Shown in pieces: positions 44,977 through 58,001 of a stretch of DNA of 64,000 nucleotides. The position numbers and the translations under genes were made by a program. Under the pieces are notes generated by a model. It was given only the letters and a program-made list of their open reading frames with translations. It did not search any database and was not told the DNA's origin. Within the stretch, counting starts at the first letter, position 1. Every line of letters starts with the position of its first letter. The stretch spans positions 64,001 to 128,000 of the IMG/VR virus record IMGVR_UViG_3300025687_000001. One strand, 5' to 3'. This stretch comes from a virus.

Positions 44977-45261
44977 GTGGCCCAGGACAGTCATCTAGGC
45001 ATGTCTTCTTTCGAGAAACGCGAAGCACTAGGCATTGTTGTGCTGTTTGCTCTGCTGATGTCGTTGACCTGTAGCGTAATCACCTGCGGAACACCCAACA
45101 ACACGGTCACTAAGTGCAGGGAGTGTAGTGTCGCTGCAGACTGCTACTACGGCGAAAAGTGCGGCTGCCCCATCGTAAGCGTAGGCGGCCGAAACCAGCG
45201 CCACTGCGGCGTGTGCGAGCCTAGCCTCTCCTCCGCTGAGAGCTACACCTGCGAGCTCTAG
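44977..45261 (+). CDS. membrane-anchored Cys-rich protein
   Basis: TM followed by a Cys-rich domain; AGGAG RBS. Confidence 0.5.
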   Translation: MAQDSHLGMSSFEKREALGIVVLFALLMSLTCSVITCGTPNNTVTKCRECSVAADCYYGEKCGCPIVSVGGRNQRHCGVCEPSLSSAESYTCEL

Positions 45262-45344
45262 TTTCTGGTAAAAGAAGGGGATGGAGACATCCACTTCGGC
45301 CTCGTTGGAGGCCAAAAAGAGACACACTAAAACGGAGCTAGAAG

Positions 45345-45608
45345 GTGGCTGACCCCCGCCTACTCCACCCCCTAAACCGTCCCCCTCCAAGTCTGCGTAG
45401 CCTGTACTCGTTCACCGAGTTCGAGAAGCTCATCTACGCCGCCTCGTACGCTTCCTGGTACGCCAGGGAGGTTGCCCAGCACGTGGACCAAGGCCGCGGC
45501 TACCCAGACTCTGGGTACCAGGTTCGGGCTGCTGAGGAAGCCCACACTCACGCTATAGATGCGGTCCTGGCTCTCCGCGCACAGGTTGCAGGCGTTGATG
45601 AGTTCTAG
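45345..45608 (+). CDS. hypothetical protein
   Basis: Operon packing. Confidence 0.45.
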   Translation: MADPRLLHPLNRPPPSLRSLYSFTEFEKLIYAASYASWYAREVAQHVDQGRGYPDSGYQVRAAEEAHTHAIDAVLALRAQVAGVDEF

Positions 45609-45951
45609 CCAGCCTGACCCGGAGGACTTCGCTGACTTCGACATCGAGCGGGGTCCTCGTTACACCCGGCATGCGCTGCTGCGTGCTAAGCAGCGATTCT
45701 CTGACCTACGCGCGTACAACGAAGACAGGATTCTTCGTGTTTTGGACGCAGCTCTGCTTGGAGGCGCCATAGTGGAAGACCCACTGCCCGGCACCTACCA
45801 CGTCCGCAACCGTGCCTACGCCTGGTGCCCCGAGGAGCGAACTGTTACCGTTCGAGGACACATCAAGGGCAAAGCCGCGGACTTCATCATTGACCGTGAC
45901 TCGGGCGTGGTGATTACCATCACTGACCCGTACTATGTGGAGCCTAAGTGA
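45598..45951 (+). CDS. DUF4258/RelE-fold-like protein
   Basis: YTRHALLRAKQR..VVITI motif. Confidence 0.5.
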   Translation: MSSSQPDPEDFADFDIERGPRYTRHALLRAKQRFSDLRAYNEDRILRVLDAALLGGAIVEDPLPGTYHVRNRAYAWCPEERTVTVRGHIKGKAADFIIDRDSGVVITITDPYYVEPK

Positions 45952-46361
45952 GCAAGACCGATAGCTACGCTACCCACCACGAAGGCGGGACGTACACTAC
46001 CAACACTGACCCCGAAGAATGTGAGATCCTTCGTACTGCTGACACTGCTGGCACCGCCATCCAGGTCAACCAGTGGGACGTACGCCGACAGAACGGGCAT
46101 TGGGCCTGGCAGCGCTGGCGGGGGCGTATGTGGCGCCTCACTGTGCTGCTGCTTCCGGTGCTGTACCTGACCTTCGCTCCCTTCGCTATGGTGGAGTTGG
46201 GCTTTGACGCTGGTTGGCGGCCCCTGACCGAGGAGAGCTTGTCCGGGGTTTGGATACGGGGGCTGCCTGCCACTTTCGCAGCAGTCTTCGTTAGCTTTTT
46301 CTGCTACGTAGTAGTGGTCCCGCTCTTGGGCGACCTCGCCCTCTGGGTCTGGAAGGGTTGA
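45948..46361 (+). CDS. membrane protein
   Basis: Two hydrophobic helices. Confidence 0.5.
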   Translation: MSKTDSYATHHEGGTYTTNTDPEECEILRTADTAGTAIQVNQWDVRRQNGHWAWQRWRGRMWRLTVLLLPVLYLTFAPFAMVELGFDAGWRPLTEESLSGVWIRGLPATFAAVFVSFFCYVVVVPLLGDLALWVWKG

Positions 46362-47127
46362 GGCTGTGTCAGCCCTAGGCAAAGCCTCGGCTATCTTGAA
46401 AGGCCAAGGGTGGGAGAACACCTTCACTGGAGCCATCCAGCACCCGAAAATCCACAGCATGGATCTTCCGGTGCACAAGAGCGTCTACGCCCACCCTGAC
46501 GGGCGCGCCATGCACCTTCGGATGTTCTACAACGACTACGACACGGTAATCCTCGAGACCCCAGAAGGCCCCTCCATGCTGCACCACACGCAGCTTACTC
46601 GGGAGACGCTGTGCCCACACTAACCGACATGAGCAAGCCCCTTCAGGTACGCGTTGCTCGAGAGGACTTCCGCACAGACCCCGACGACGGGCTGTGCCCG
46701 TACCACTCTCTGTGCGAAAAGCGCGCGGGGCACCACGGACGCTGTGCTAACGGCAACCTGTCCTGGCTCACGAACAAGGCTCGCCCTGAGTTGTATTGGG
46801 GCGCTGACTTCGCTGATGCCTGGATGGAGCGCCACAAGCCGTACCTGAGAAAGAAGAAGCGCAAGTGACGCACGCCTGGCTTGCCAGCACGTACAGCATC
46901 TGTGGTCTACTGGCTTACTTCGGTATCCTGATGACCGCCGTGCTGGCTGTGCACCAGAACCCTCCCGCTACAAGTGACAAGGAGTCGCGTGGAGAGCAGA
47001 TCGTGCTGCTCTTCATGCTAGCGCTGGTTTGCATGGTCACGTGGCCTTTGCTGCTTGCGCTGCTTCTTGGGAAAACCACAAAGGATGGGAGCCTGGATTG
47101 ACTCCCTATCTTTCATAAGAAACCGAG

Positions 47128-47661
47128 ATGAGTAAGATCAACCTCTGCATCCACCTCGTGGTGGATGGAAAACCTGTTTACAAGACCCAAACCGCTAGCG
47201 TCGAAACCACTCGCATGGCCAGCACCGTACTGCAGGTGATGGTCGACGAACTCTTCGCGAGCTCCGAGGAGTGGGACGACAGCGCTGTCGAGAAGCTGTT
47301 GGAGGCCGCGAAGGGGGCGGAGCCTAGCTCCTGCGACCACAGACCTTCTTGGGCCCCAGACTTGGGCAAGATGTTCTGTGTGTATTGTGGCATGGCTTGG
47401 GACGTGCCAGAAGCCGCGGCGAACACAGAGCCCGCAAAGCCTCGCTACTGCTACACCCCCGCGGACTCCAGGTTTCACCGGCTGACCGCGGACAAACGCA
47501 TAGCTTGCACTGGGGTGCCCAACCCCTCCGGCGGAGGCTACGAGGTGGCCTCGGTGTTCGAAGAATCTCTGTGTACCGAGCCCGAGTGCCGGGAAGGGTG
47601 GGAGAAGAAGTCCTGCGAACCACGGTGTGAAGACATCGTCACACATCTGGGGGAGGAGTGA
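47128..47661 (+). CDS. Cys-rich hypothetical protein
   Basis: CDH..CVYCG, CTEPEC. Confidence 0.5.
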   Translation: MSKINLCIHLVVDGKPVYKTQTASVETTRMASTVLQVMVDELFASSEEWDDSAVEKLLEAAKGAEPSSCDHRPSWAPDLGKMFCVYCGMAWDVPEAAANTEPAKPRYCYTPADSRFHRLTADKRIACTGVPNPSGGGYEVASVFEESLCTEPECREGWEKKSCEPRCEDIVTHLGEE

Positions 47662-48851
47662 GCAGCGCCCGCGCCGAGACCGGCGTAATGCAGTTTGGGG
47701 ATGACTGGCCGGGATACTTCATCCGCGGCGACAACGTCATCCACATAAGGTTCGTTCTCAAGGGTCTGAGCGACGACCCGCCCGAAGGCATCGGGGTCCT
47801 GGAGTGGGCGCAGTTCCGCGCCGCCCTCGAGGACATGACCCGGTGCCTGCACAACGATAACCCTGAGCAGAAGCTCAAGGATTGGAAAGATGTCGTCGCG
47901 GGTGTGGAGTAGCAAATGGCAGCCCACCACTCCGCCCGAGGGCAAGACTGACATCCCCAACCACACTCGATACTGGCCACGCACCGCTAAATGCAGTTGT
48001 TGTGGCCAGCGTCGGGTTGTGTGGATGAACGACGAGAGCCGACAAGGCCCAGACGGTGTTCTCTACTCCAAACGTCCGGGGTGCCAGAAGTGCTGTGAGA
48101 AGGGGGCGTGGAGAGCGGTGGAAGAGACTAGCGATGAGTAAGAAGCTTAGCCTCCGCCTCGGCTGGAAGCGCAACGCCGGCCTCGTTTGCGTTGCCTACA
48201 AGGCCTACACTGTTCACCTTGGTGTGCAGCCTCGAGACTGGCTGTGGGGCCCTGCGTACAGCTGGTACGATGGGTCCCTCCTGGAGTTTGGTCTTGGGCC
48301 GTGGATGCACGCAAATTGGTGCGAGTGTGCCAGTGAACCTGGGGACGTAGAACCTCCTGGTTGGCTGCAGGACTGGGTGGAGAAGCATGGCTGCCGGTGA
48401 GTACGGGTTGTACGAGCATGTGGCTACCGGCAACCGCGACGGGTGGGTGTGGTCCTAGTGTCGACGCCCCCCGCACCGGTAAACCCAGGGGCGCAGCCTG
48501 CGTCTACCAACAACGCTAACCTCGCAAGAGGCTTCAAGAATTTGGAGATGGATTGCCCCGCCCACGACACCTCTTCCTAGCACTAGCAGCGTCAGCAGAG
48601 CTACGCACTGCTTTGGCTGAGAGCGACGCAAACCTGAAGCTCTCGGAACCCCTGGAAGCGCTGCACCTCGCTGCTTGCGTTGTGAAAACGCTCGATAGCC
48701 AGCGGGGGGCTCCTCTGACAGCCGAGGATTCTCGGCTGTACAGAGAGCTACGCTGCTTGCCCCGCAACCACCCCTTGCGCCCCAGGCATCGTAGCTACTA
48801 GGAAGCGGAGGCCTCGCCTCTCCTTCCTTTTATGTGGCACAAGATAAGGAC

Positions 48852-49418
48852 ATGTACGACCACTACTTGTGGACAAAGGCACAAGAGAACATTCGGATCG
48901 CTCTCGGCCTACACCCACCGCACATAGTTTTTTGGATGTGGCACAGAGAGTGGGCTCCTGCGGGAGCTCGCGACTACCGCATCCTGCGAGCTAAGCTGGA
49001 TCTCAAAGCATGCCAGGCAGCAGCCGCTACGATGCGTACCCAGGAAGACAACCTGGTGCGCTTATTTGATGAGACAGGGGACGCAGAGTTCCGCAGGAAA
49101 GCGGAGAAGCTGCGTAAGCATCGAGAGGGGGCGCTTACTCGGGAGTTGCGTCTAAGGCACCTGGCGCTGGGCTTTCTTCGGGAGAAACCGCGGTCTCTTG
49201 TAGCGCCTCGCGGGAGCTTTACGGGCAGACGCCGTGTGTGGTACTTAGTGCCCTCTGGAGAAATCCTCTCCTACGCGTACTTAGCCACTATGAACTGCAG
49301 TATGGTGGATACGGAGCACGGTCTACACGCAGACAACATCAGCGGCCACGTGACCACCTCACTTAACTCCACTAAATTTTTCGTTAGAGCGCTAGACTCT
49401 TGGTTGAGAGAGACGTGA
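48852..49418 (+). CDS. hypothetical protein
   Basis: ATG 8 nt after GTGGCACAAG. Confidence 0.5.
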   Translation: MYDHYLWTKAQENIRIALGLHPPHIVFWMWHREWAPAGARDYRILRAKLDLKACQAAAATMRTQEDNLVRLFDETGDAEFRRKAEKLRKHREGALTRELRLRHLALGFLREKPRSLVAPRGSFTGRRRVWYLVPSGEILSYAYLATMNCSMVDTEHGLHADNISGHVTTSLNSTKFFVRALDSWLRET

Positions 49419-49730
49419 AATACCTCTACACAAACCCACACAAGGTCTATGAGTTTCTATCTAGGGCCCAGCACAAAGCTACTGCTTAAGACCACTGCGG
49501 GCGTCGGGGGCATCGCCATTCTCATTGGTGTAGTATAGCTGGAAGTACGTGCCTGGACTGTCTCACATTACGCTGCGAGTGCTAAACGCCACTCAGCTGC
49601 TCGAGCAGCTACTCGAGGCTAAAGAAACTTGCAGTAAGATCGAGGAAGAAGATTTTGAGGCGTACCTCTACCACCAAGCCTCCAGCAAACATGATATATA
49701 ACAGCCACTACTACTCAGGAGAATCCTCCA

Positions 49731-50105
49731 GTGTCTGATATCGCTATTGATACCGCCGAGACCCCGGCTCCGGAAGCCGAGTCGGGCCCTGCTCGTCCGG
49801 GTATTGCTCCTCCGCCTAACGGGACCCCCTGTGTGCTCACTGTCGTGTTCAAGGACACGCACATCACGATGGAGCTGCAGACTCGGTGCTTCCAGGGGTT
49901 CAACCCCTTCAACGTTCCCGCTGTTCACGCTGCTACGCTGCGTCAGGGTGGCGGGGCTATGGTGTTCTCGCTCAACCCTGAGGGCACCGAAAGCGTGTCC
50001 TTTGAGTCCGAGAGCGTAGCCAGCATCTGGGCGCGGGTGCCACAGCCCAAGAGCGCTCCTACGCCGATGCCTCAGCCCAAGCCTCGAGTTCGTAAGCGTA
50101 AGTGA
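49731..50105 (+). CDS. hypothetical protein
   Basis: AGGAG RBS. Confidence 0.5.
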   Translation: MSDIAIDTAETPAPEAESGPARPGIAPPPNGTPCVLTVVFKDTHITMELQTRCFQGFNPFNVPAVHAATLRQGGGAMVFSLNPEGTESVSFESESVASIWARVPQPKSAPTPMPQPKPRVRKRK

Positions 50106-53100
50106 GCCTTCCCAAGGCAGTTGCCGGAAGGGCGGCAGGGCCCTCGATGTACAGACTGTGGAGGCAAAATAGATGGGTAGCGAAGCGTCCCACACCCGGT
50201 ACGTAGTGCAAGCCAAGGAAGGCTGGTACATCGCCGGAAACACGGAAAAGACGTTGGCTAGCTTAGGCAGAGCCCGGCAGTGGAGCACCAAGGCTGAGGC
50301 TGATGCCTGGGCTAAGCCCTACGGCGGCGAGTACCGCGTGCTAGAAATCACAGTCCACATCAAGGTTGCGTGAAACCTGGCACAAGAGAGTATGACAAGC
50401 CTAGTAAGGCAGATTGACGCTGCCCTACAGCTTCTTGGTTGGAGTCCCCTTACGGACTTTGGAGAGATTAGTCTCTGCAGTTTACGTGAAGAGTGGGTGG
50501 CCGATATGACGGCTAATCTCTCCTGGCCGAGGGACGCCCAGATTAGTAGATGGTGCAGCAGCGCTACCCGTGGCGTAGGGAAAGAGGCGGGTACCACAAT
50601 CTACGTCCTAGCCAACCTAAAAGACCCGCACATGGTGTTCCTGGCCTCCCTCACACACCTAGGCCCAAGCAAGTTCAGCAGCGAACACGCAGTGCTTCAC
50701 GCAAACTACCCAAACTGGGAATGGCTGCTCAACCACACTGCAGCCCAGTAGAAAACCCCGACGTGTCGTGCCTGCTACAACTAATCCATTGGGATACTTA
50801 AGTAAGTTAGCGGGTGTCATGGACCTCGCGGGCTTTACCTACGTTGATCGGTGGCTAACGCCTCAACTGATCGGGGGGTTGCCCACCGACATGGCCCACA
50901 ACCCTAGCAGGGTAGACTATGTACTCGGAGAGTCCGTGCATGTAGTGGCGTGTGTCGTAGAAGTAGGGTTCCAGGTCAAGCAGGCCAAGCTGGCCATCTA
51001 CGTCTACAGCCCTGAAAAGCCTGAAGTACCCGGCTACCACGCTGTGCTCGACAACGCTGTTGCCGCTTTCGGCGTTGTTGCTGCTTTCATTGAGGACATG
51101 AGATGAGCCTGATTGACCTTAGCAACTGGGACCCCGCCTTCATCAAGGCTAGCGCTGCTGCGCTGCTTACGCTGCCCGTTGACCCAGCAGAGGTGCAGGT
51201 CCAGCTGCGTGCTAGTGAGTTGAATACGTATTCCTCGGAAGGGGTGATGACATGGCCCTACTCAAAGGATGTCCTCTCTAGCTATGGCGACACTCCGTGG
51301 GTCAGTGCAATCTGGTTAGACCTGGCCAACCTGCCAGGTCTTCACTTTCGGTCAGCCAGTTACGACCTCTGGTACATCAATACTCGCTGGATCGTGGGGT
51401 GCAACGTCCACCCAGACCATCCAGGGCTGCCGGAGATATCCTGGTGCAAAGAAGTCAGCACTCCCTACGAAGTCTACGAGGGCGGCGTGAGAGCACTCAA
51501 TGAGCTCTGGTCCTGTGGATAGCCCGCCCTTGCACGGACGGCTGTTCGACCGTACATGGGCGCCACGGCCTGGTGCTGTACGTGTTTGTGCGGCTGAGCA
51601 GTGGTAGCGCCTACGTGGTCAGCAACGTGTCGTGGGCGCAAATGTTCAAGCGCCCTTCAAGACAGGGAAATATGCTTCACGTAGGACGCCCTAGCTGGGA
51701 GCTGAAGCGCGAGCGTACGCGCGTAAGCCTTGAGCACCCCGCAGAAGTGCAGCAACACATCCTCAAGGAACTCGACCGGCCTCACAGGCATGCAAAACGA
51801 ATTAGCGCTCAACGCTAAGCTGCTCCTGAGAGCAGCAGAGCTGTTAGGGTGGGAAGCGCCGGTGCAGGTAGCCACAAGCTCCCTGGACAAGCACATCGGG
51901 GCAGGGATCTACTACACTATTGGGCGGTTCTCAGGGCGAGGCATCACCATAAGCGTAGCTACGAGCACCGACAACGTCTGGAAACCCCTGCTAACTTACG
52001 GACCCTGCGAGCGGCGCGAGCCTACGCACTGGGAAGACCGACAATACAAGCATCCCAAGTACGTCTTCATGCCTTCGTATAGGCGAGAACAATGTAACAG
52101 CATACAAACACTGTTCGCAGCGACAGACTTTCTCGCAGAGCAAGCAGCGTGGTTCAGGGACTGTTCCCGCAAGGGAAGGCTGTATGTACGAAAGGAGTAC
52201 TCCTCGTGAGTGACCTGAGGACACTGCTTACCTCGCTTGCGCTGCTTGGGTTCCAAGCAAACCGCGCGGGCGGCATGATCAGTGGTAGGTTCGAATTCAG
52301 CGAGGCCAATACATTGGTGCTAGTCTACGTGCCCGACGACCGAGGCCGCCTGTACTTGTCGCTGACCATAACGCCTTCCGCCCTAGACTGGGTGGCCTCG
52401 ACAACTACCCAATTTCCGGTGACCTGGGTGACCCCCCAAGACTTCCCTGCAGTGGCAGCATGGCTTCTCAGCGGATTGCCTCGAGATGAGTAAAGCAACG
52501 CTCAACGCTACCAATGACCAAGACTGAAGCGCGAGTAGCGCTAGAGGCGCATGGGTACGTGGCCCGCTACCCCTCCGCTGCTTTCCCTAATCACGCTAAC
52601 GGGGTACTGGTAGCTAAGCGCGGAGCGCCTACTGTGCTATCGCTGTCCTATAACCCGGACGTACTGGACCTGGTACTCGAGGTAGGTTCTGCAGATGTGT
52701 GGAAACAATCGGGTGGGCTCTTTGTTCAGTGGCATCTTCCGGGTCTTCGACCAATAGGTACCCCCTACCACTACCACCACGACGGTTACCTGCCGTCTGA
52801 GTACTTCCTGGAGTTCTTGCTGCTGATGAAGAAAGCCTTTCATGACATCACCGGCAGCTGAGCTCCTTTTTAGCCCGCAAGACCAGGCGGCGTTTGTGGC
52901 ACAAGCGAGTATGAACCTGACTACCGCGGCACAGGTCTTTGATCTTTGCGGCTACGATGTCGAAGCCGTCTACCCAACTAGGCCGTCGCTGTTAGCCACC
53001 ACCCGCGGCGCCTTCTCCACCGGCGGCGCCTTCTCTGGGCAAACTGCGGACACAATAGAGTGTGAGCTTAGCATCGACTCGTGTGGTTTCCTATTGACAG

Positions 53101-54981
53101 TCCTCTACGGGAAGGCTTGGTATCCCACTCTTAGAGATCCCTTGCGCACTTGGGTAGACAGCGAACCCCACATGCAAGAGCTAGAAGTACACACAGCGCA
53201 AGAGCTGCTTGCGCTGTGTGCGTGGCTGAAGACAGCGCTGTGAGCCACAACAGATACCCTACAAATGAAGAGGCCTGGGAGATGCTAAAGCTCATGGGCT
53301 TCCACCAGTCTTACATCCCTAGCCATGTACGCGAATCTCTCTCTGCTGTGTACTGCTATCCAAAAGTACACATGCGACACGCGGTCCTTGAGATACGGTG
53401 GTTCGAAGGCGCAGGGAACCTTTTCGCCCATTTGAGCGGTGGCTGGGTCAGCAACACACTTACGTCACCGTGGGAGATAATGTTTGTTCGGTGGGACCCG
53501 TGGGAGCCAGGCCTTCCACACACTCTCGCTGGAGTAGCGCTAACGCTGCCCAAGCTGCAAGCTCGGCTCGCCGAGCTCATGCAGCAATTCAAGGAAGCCA
53601 ATGCTTCGCTGTACGCCTGACCGAGCTTGTCTTGTCTTTGAGCTGCTAGGGTTCGCCAACCTGGCGTACTACACCCGGGACCCCCAGCGCCGAGCCGCCA
53701 CGGGATTTCACAGCGCGGGAGGCCACCTCTACGCTCTCGTAGTGGCCTGGGACGCGGAGGTGGAAGAGTTTTTCTCCGAAGCAGGCCTCGGCATGATCCT
53801 CGACACTTCGGATCCCCCCACGCAGCCTCCGACAGTGGTTTGGTCCGCGATGTATCCTCCGGAGCCCTTGCTCCCAGCAATAGAAGTGAAGACAGTGCAA
53901 GAGCTGCTCAACGCTACTTGCGCTGCTTTCGCTGCTTTCCATGAAAAATACGGAGATGACTAGAACAGAGTTTGAGATGCTGGCCACGATGTGTGGTTAC
54001 AGAGTGATTACGAGAGACAAAAACGTGTCTAAGTCGTCTGTCGTGGCCTTCGCTACTTGCTATGACACAGGACGAACTAAGCGCGGTGACACGCCCGCAG
54101 TGCTAGTCAAGTGGCTAGCGCCTCCGCCTACATACTTAGGGGTCACCGCAGGCTACGCCCGCCTAATTCCCCTCATCCACGAGGGTAGACTGACACACTG
54201 GACTCACTGGACGAGGCAGGTATACTCCTCTGGGATCCCCCCGCTGCCTGATGCCAAAGAGCTAGCAGCGCTGTTTGCGTGGTTGGCGGAAGGAGTCCTA
54301 AGTGTTGAGACCTAGTGTCCTCCGGGAGGTGCTTGCGCTAGCTGGGTACCACCCTGCTTCCATCCGACACTGGTTTGTGCTGACTTCTCGAGGCACGTCT
54401 GTCCCCCACCTGGCAGAGTCTGACTGTTTTGTCTTGAGTGTAGATATCACCATGCAGGGATCACTGCGCTTCGAGGCAGGCACTGCTATAGTTGCTTTCT
54501 CTGCTGAAGACGACCCAGGCTGCTGCGCAAAACTCTTTCGCTACGGCCGCGCTTCTCTGGTGGAAAGCCTAGACACACCAGACACACCCGAAGAGCTCCT
54601 CGAGCTCCTGGTAAACAAGGCGGAAGCCTTTTACAGGGAGTACAGTGCCAAGCATTGAGCTGAGTGACAGTAGGAAAGAGTGGCTGCTACAGCTTGCCGG
54701 GTTTGAGATGGTGTACTTAGCTCCACGGCAATACATTGGTAGTCTTAGGCTGCCCGCAACCGGACAACTCTTGCTGGCACAACCACTGACAACAGAGCTA
54801 CGCATGTGGCACGGCGTGGGAGGTACTCACCAGACGTCTTACGGTCGCAGGTCCTACAGCTGGCAAAGCATACCAGTCTTTATCCACTGGCAATATCAAG
54901 GCCCAACAGAGTGGGCAGTGTACGCACAGCTGGTAGAGGCAGCCAACGAGTTTATGGAGACTGGTGTCATCGAGATGTGTT

Positions 54982-55308
54982 GTGACCAGGACTGAGATGC
55001 GAGCGCCGCTAGCGCTGCTTGGCTTTCGCGTTTTGAGCAAGGAAGGCCCCTTGGAGTGGGAGGTAGCGGCGAAACAGCTGCCTGGTAGGCCAAAGCTTAT
55101 CTACGTAGATATGGCAAAGGCCGGACCTCCGCATAAGCTCAATGTGTACATAGGTGACGGGGTAATCCTCGGAGTAGAGACAGACGCATACCTGAGGGGA
55201 ATTAGGTGGGGCTCCCCTCCTAAGATAAACCGCAGCGACTGAAGTGTCAGCACTCCGATACAGTTGGCCATTGTGTTAGCCAACCAAGTAAGGCTTGCTC
55301 ATGACTAG
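54982..55308 (+). pseudogene. array paralogue with in-frame TGA
   Basis: TGA at 55240-55242 followed in frame by SVSTPIQLAIVLANQVRLAHD. Confidence 0.6.
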
Positions 55309-56081
55309 GACTGAGATTGGTATTGTCTACCTTGCCTTAGGCATAGAGACTACCACACCCAAGCCCACACACTACTATCCCTGGTTCCTCGGGGTTAGAG
55401 AAGTGGGTCCCTGCGTTTTGTGGGTAGAGACCAGCAACTCTGACGCAAGTGGCGTGAGAAGCCACATCAATGCTTACTGGGGCCCAGGAGTGTTAGAAGG
55501 CTCCGTGGGTCGCAGACGACCTGACCGCGGATGGGACGTTGTACACCGCAGACACTTCAACTGTGACACCCCGCAAGAACTCTACGATCTCCTGGTACAA
55601 GTAATAGGTGAGATCGCAAAGCATGACTCGAACTGAGCAATGTAGCCACTACCAGCTGCTCCTGGAAATCACAGACCGCTTCGTTAGATATGCCTCTCGT
55701 GACTAAGCAAGAGCTAGCAATGACATTGTCGCTGACAGGGTTTACCCGGACACACCCTGCTGACGCTGTTTGGGTTGGCGGCGCTAAAGGTGTAGGAGAC
55801 AACCTGCTGTGGGTTACCATCACTGATGTCATAGGCGAGTGGTACACCCGAGCTGAGTGGGGGACTGGCTCCTTAGCCAATCGCTCGACTTTGACTCACT
55901 ACTCCCATAGGGACGGCTACACGGGCACGGAATACTACCCTAGGTGGGCGTACCGCCGAGACGGGGGCTTCTTCCCAAGGCGCAAGCAGGTCAAAGCAAC
56001 GTCAGCAACGCCAGCAGCGTTCCTCGCTGAGCTCGCTGAACTCACTGCTCGCGCTGCTGCCTACGACCCCACAAAGACAGC

Positions 56082-56310
56082 ATGACACGCGCAGAAGCAG
56101 AGCTGGCGCTGACTTGCGCTGGCTACACGCTGATGTTGTGGCCTGGGGTGTTCTTAAGGAAAATCGAGGGATCCTTACATAGCGTGGGAAGGCGAACGCA
56201 GGTACCCGCTTTACCGGCTAAAGAAAAGACACGACGTGACCAGCTTACGCGGCTTCGCTGATTTCCTTGTTGCGCTGAGAGAGCAGTACTTGCAGGAGGT
56301 TGGGTGCTGA
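56082..56310 (+). pseudogene. frameshifted array paralogue
   Basis: MTRAEAELALTCAGY start; C-terminal helix TSLRGFADFLVAL is in another frame. Confidence 0.5.
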
Positions 56311-57191
56311 GCCCAGCTCAAGCAGCGCTAGCAATGCAAGGGGCGGGGTTGATGCTGACTAGCGAACGAGCTGCCCCGATCCTCCGCGTCGGGAGTCTGC
56401 TTCGAATACCATGGGCCCCCGCGGACACTCGGGAATACGCCCCCGGCCTCGGGGCCACCTACACCGAGAATAGTCACGGTGAGGGCAGGCTGTACGTGCG
56501 CACTGGACCAGCGCGATGGACGCCTCGAGTTTCCGTGGGAGGTCAGCCCTACGCCACAATTAGCTGGAAGCTAGATGGCGCGTTGATGCAACAAATACCC
56601 TGGGACTCCAACGACCCTGTTGAGCTGACGCGCTTCTTGCGCTGGTTCGTTGATTGGTTTGTCGAGACACAGGCTAAAGAAAAGTGATCAGCGCAAGCAG
56701 CGTTAGCCTGATTTTAGAGGTACTAGGGTTCAGGCTAGCTTACCCGTACCAGCCAAAGTTAGTTGTCGGTGGGGGGTTGCAAGTGCCCTTTACCGGTAAG
56801 CTAGCCACTAGTCTAGTCGTGGAGCACTACCGCTTAGCCAACGTCTTGTACCTTTACTGCGGTAACGCCTTGGTTTGGGATCCTGAACCAGGCATCACTG
56901 TCGTGGAGGTCAAGGACGACATAGACCAACTGGGCCTGTACACCAACGCACCTGAGGATCCCACAGAGCTCTATAACTTCTTGTTATGGATCGTCGACTG
57001 GTTCGTTTCAACCAGACATGCCGCGACGAGCAGCCTCAGCGAAGGCAGAGAAGGCAGCGTCAGCCCGGTGTCGGCCCAGACCACTTAACAGGTACTGGGC
57101 TGACACCGGAAGTTGCGCTAGTTCTCGCTTTAGATTTACCGGGCCAGGCTGTTGCGGAGTACGCGCGTAGTACGACTCCTTGACAATGCCT

Positions 57192-58001
57192 CTAGCGCTC
57201 AGCTCCCCCCGGTAGGGCGTTTCTTTTAGCTCCGACATGGTCTAAGTCTAGGGCTGCGGTGGGGGGAAAGGCAAGCTTACGCTGCTGCTCTGCTTGCTTG
57301 AGAAAAGCGAGGGGGTCGGGGTGCTGCTGGAGCTGCCTAAGCAGCTTAGCGTCTAAAGAATCATCAACAGCGAAGGCAGCGTCGAAGGCGTGTCCATACG
57401 AGACGTCATCGTCGTATAGCAGCTCCTGCAGCTTATCGTAGGTGAACTGCTCCCAATTTGGGTGCTGCTTGCGCCAGAGCACGCGGAGCTTGGTGATTGG
57501 ATCGCCGTCTCGGTCGTCTAGGACATCAAAGTACGAGTCGTCCCAGCAGGCGCGGAATTCTCTGTCGGTTGAGCTAGTAAAGGCCAGCAGCGCCTGCCAG
57601 GCAGCAAGGCCAGCTTCTTTTAGGTCGGGGAGCGAGGAGGGCGTTGCTTGCGCTGCTGCTCTGAGGGCTTCTAAGGCGTCGAGCAGCTGACCATAGGCAG
57701 GGGTAGGGACTTGGTCTCTTCGTGGGCCTACGCTGACGAGGGCCGCATCTACGCGCTTTAACACCTCCAAGCCTATGGAGACGTTTATGCTTTGCAACCT
57801 GCCCACCTTACGACCTGCTTTGCTGCTTCGTTGTTTGACCGCGCCCTGGAGCCAAGTAGCGAGGATCGCATGGGCGCGTTGAGGATTTACGTAGGGCATA
57901 TACCGATGATTCGTGTCTGGGGTTTCGAGGGTAGAAAAAGCATATCGCAGAGGAAGTGAGTAAGAAACAGCGCAAGCAGCGCCAGCAACACTTTCATCCA
58001 C
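57192..58001 (-). CDS. hypothetical protein
   Basis: Only minus-strand gene in the region; start may be ATG at 57899. Confidence 0.5.
   Translation of the reverse strand: MDESVAGAACAVSYSLPLRYAFSTLETPDTNHRYMPYVNPQRAHAILATWLQGAVKQRSSKAGRKVGRLQSINVSIGLEVLKRVDAALVSVGPRRDQVPTPAYGQLLDALEALRAAAQATPSSLPDLKEAGLAAWQALLAFTSSTDREFRACWDDSYFDVLDDRDGDPITKLRVLWRKQHPNWEQFTYDKLQELLYDDDVSYGHAFDAAFAVDDSLDAKLLRQLQQHPDPLAFLKQAEQQRKLAFPPTAALDLDHVGAKRNALPGGAER

Larger units (their letters stand above)
50392..57088 (+). other. tandem array of about 18 small divergent paralogous CDSs (left block)
   Basis: ORFs at 50392, 50768, 51790, 52206, 52514, 52842, 53240, 53601, 53956, 54302, 54645, 54982, 55301, 55699, 56082, 56304, 56684 share an N-terminal helix ending in LxxxG[FYW]; many end in a [TD]PxEL helix. 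Confidence 0.65.

Noticed and set aside
50392-57088. HicA toxin family for the paralogue array
   Set aside because: The LxxxGF helix is similar, but the catalytic GSH motif is absent and the proteins are longer.
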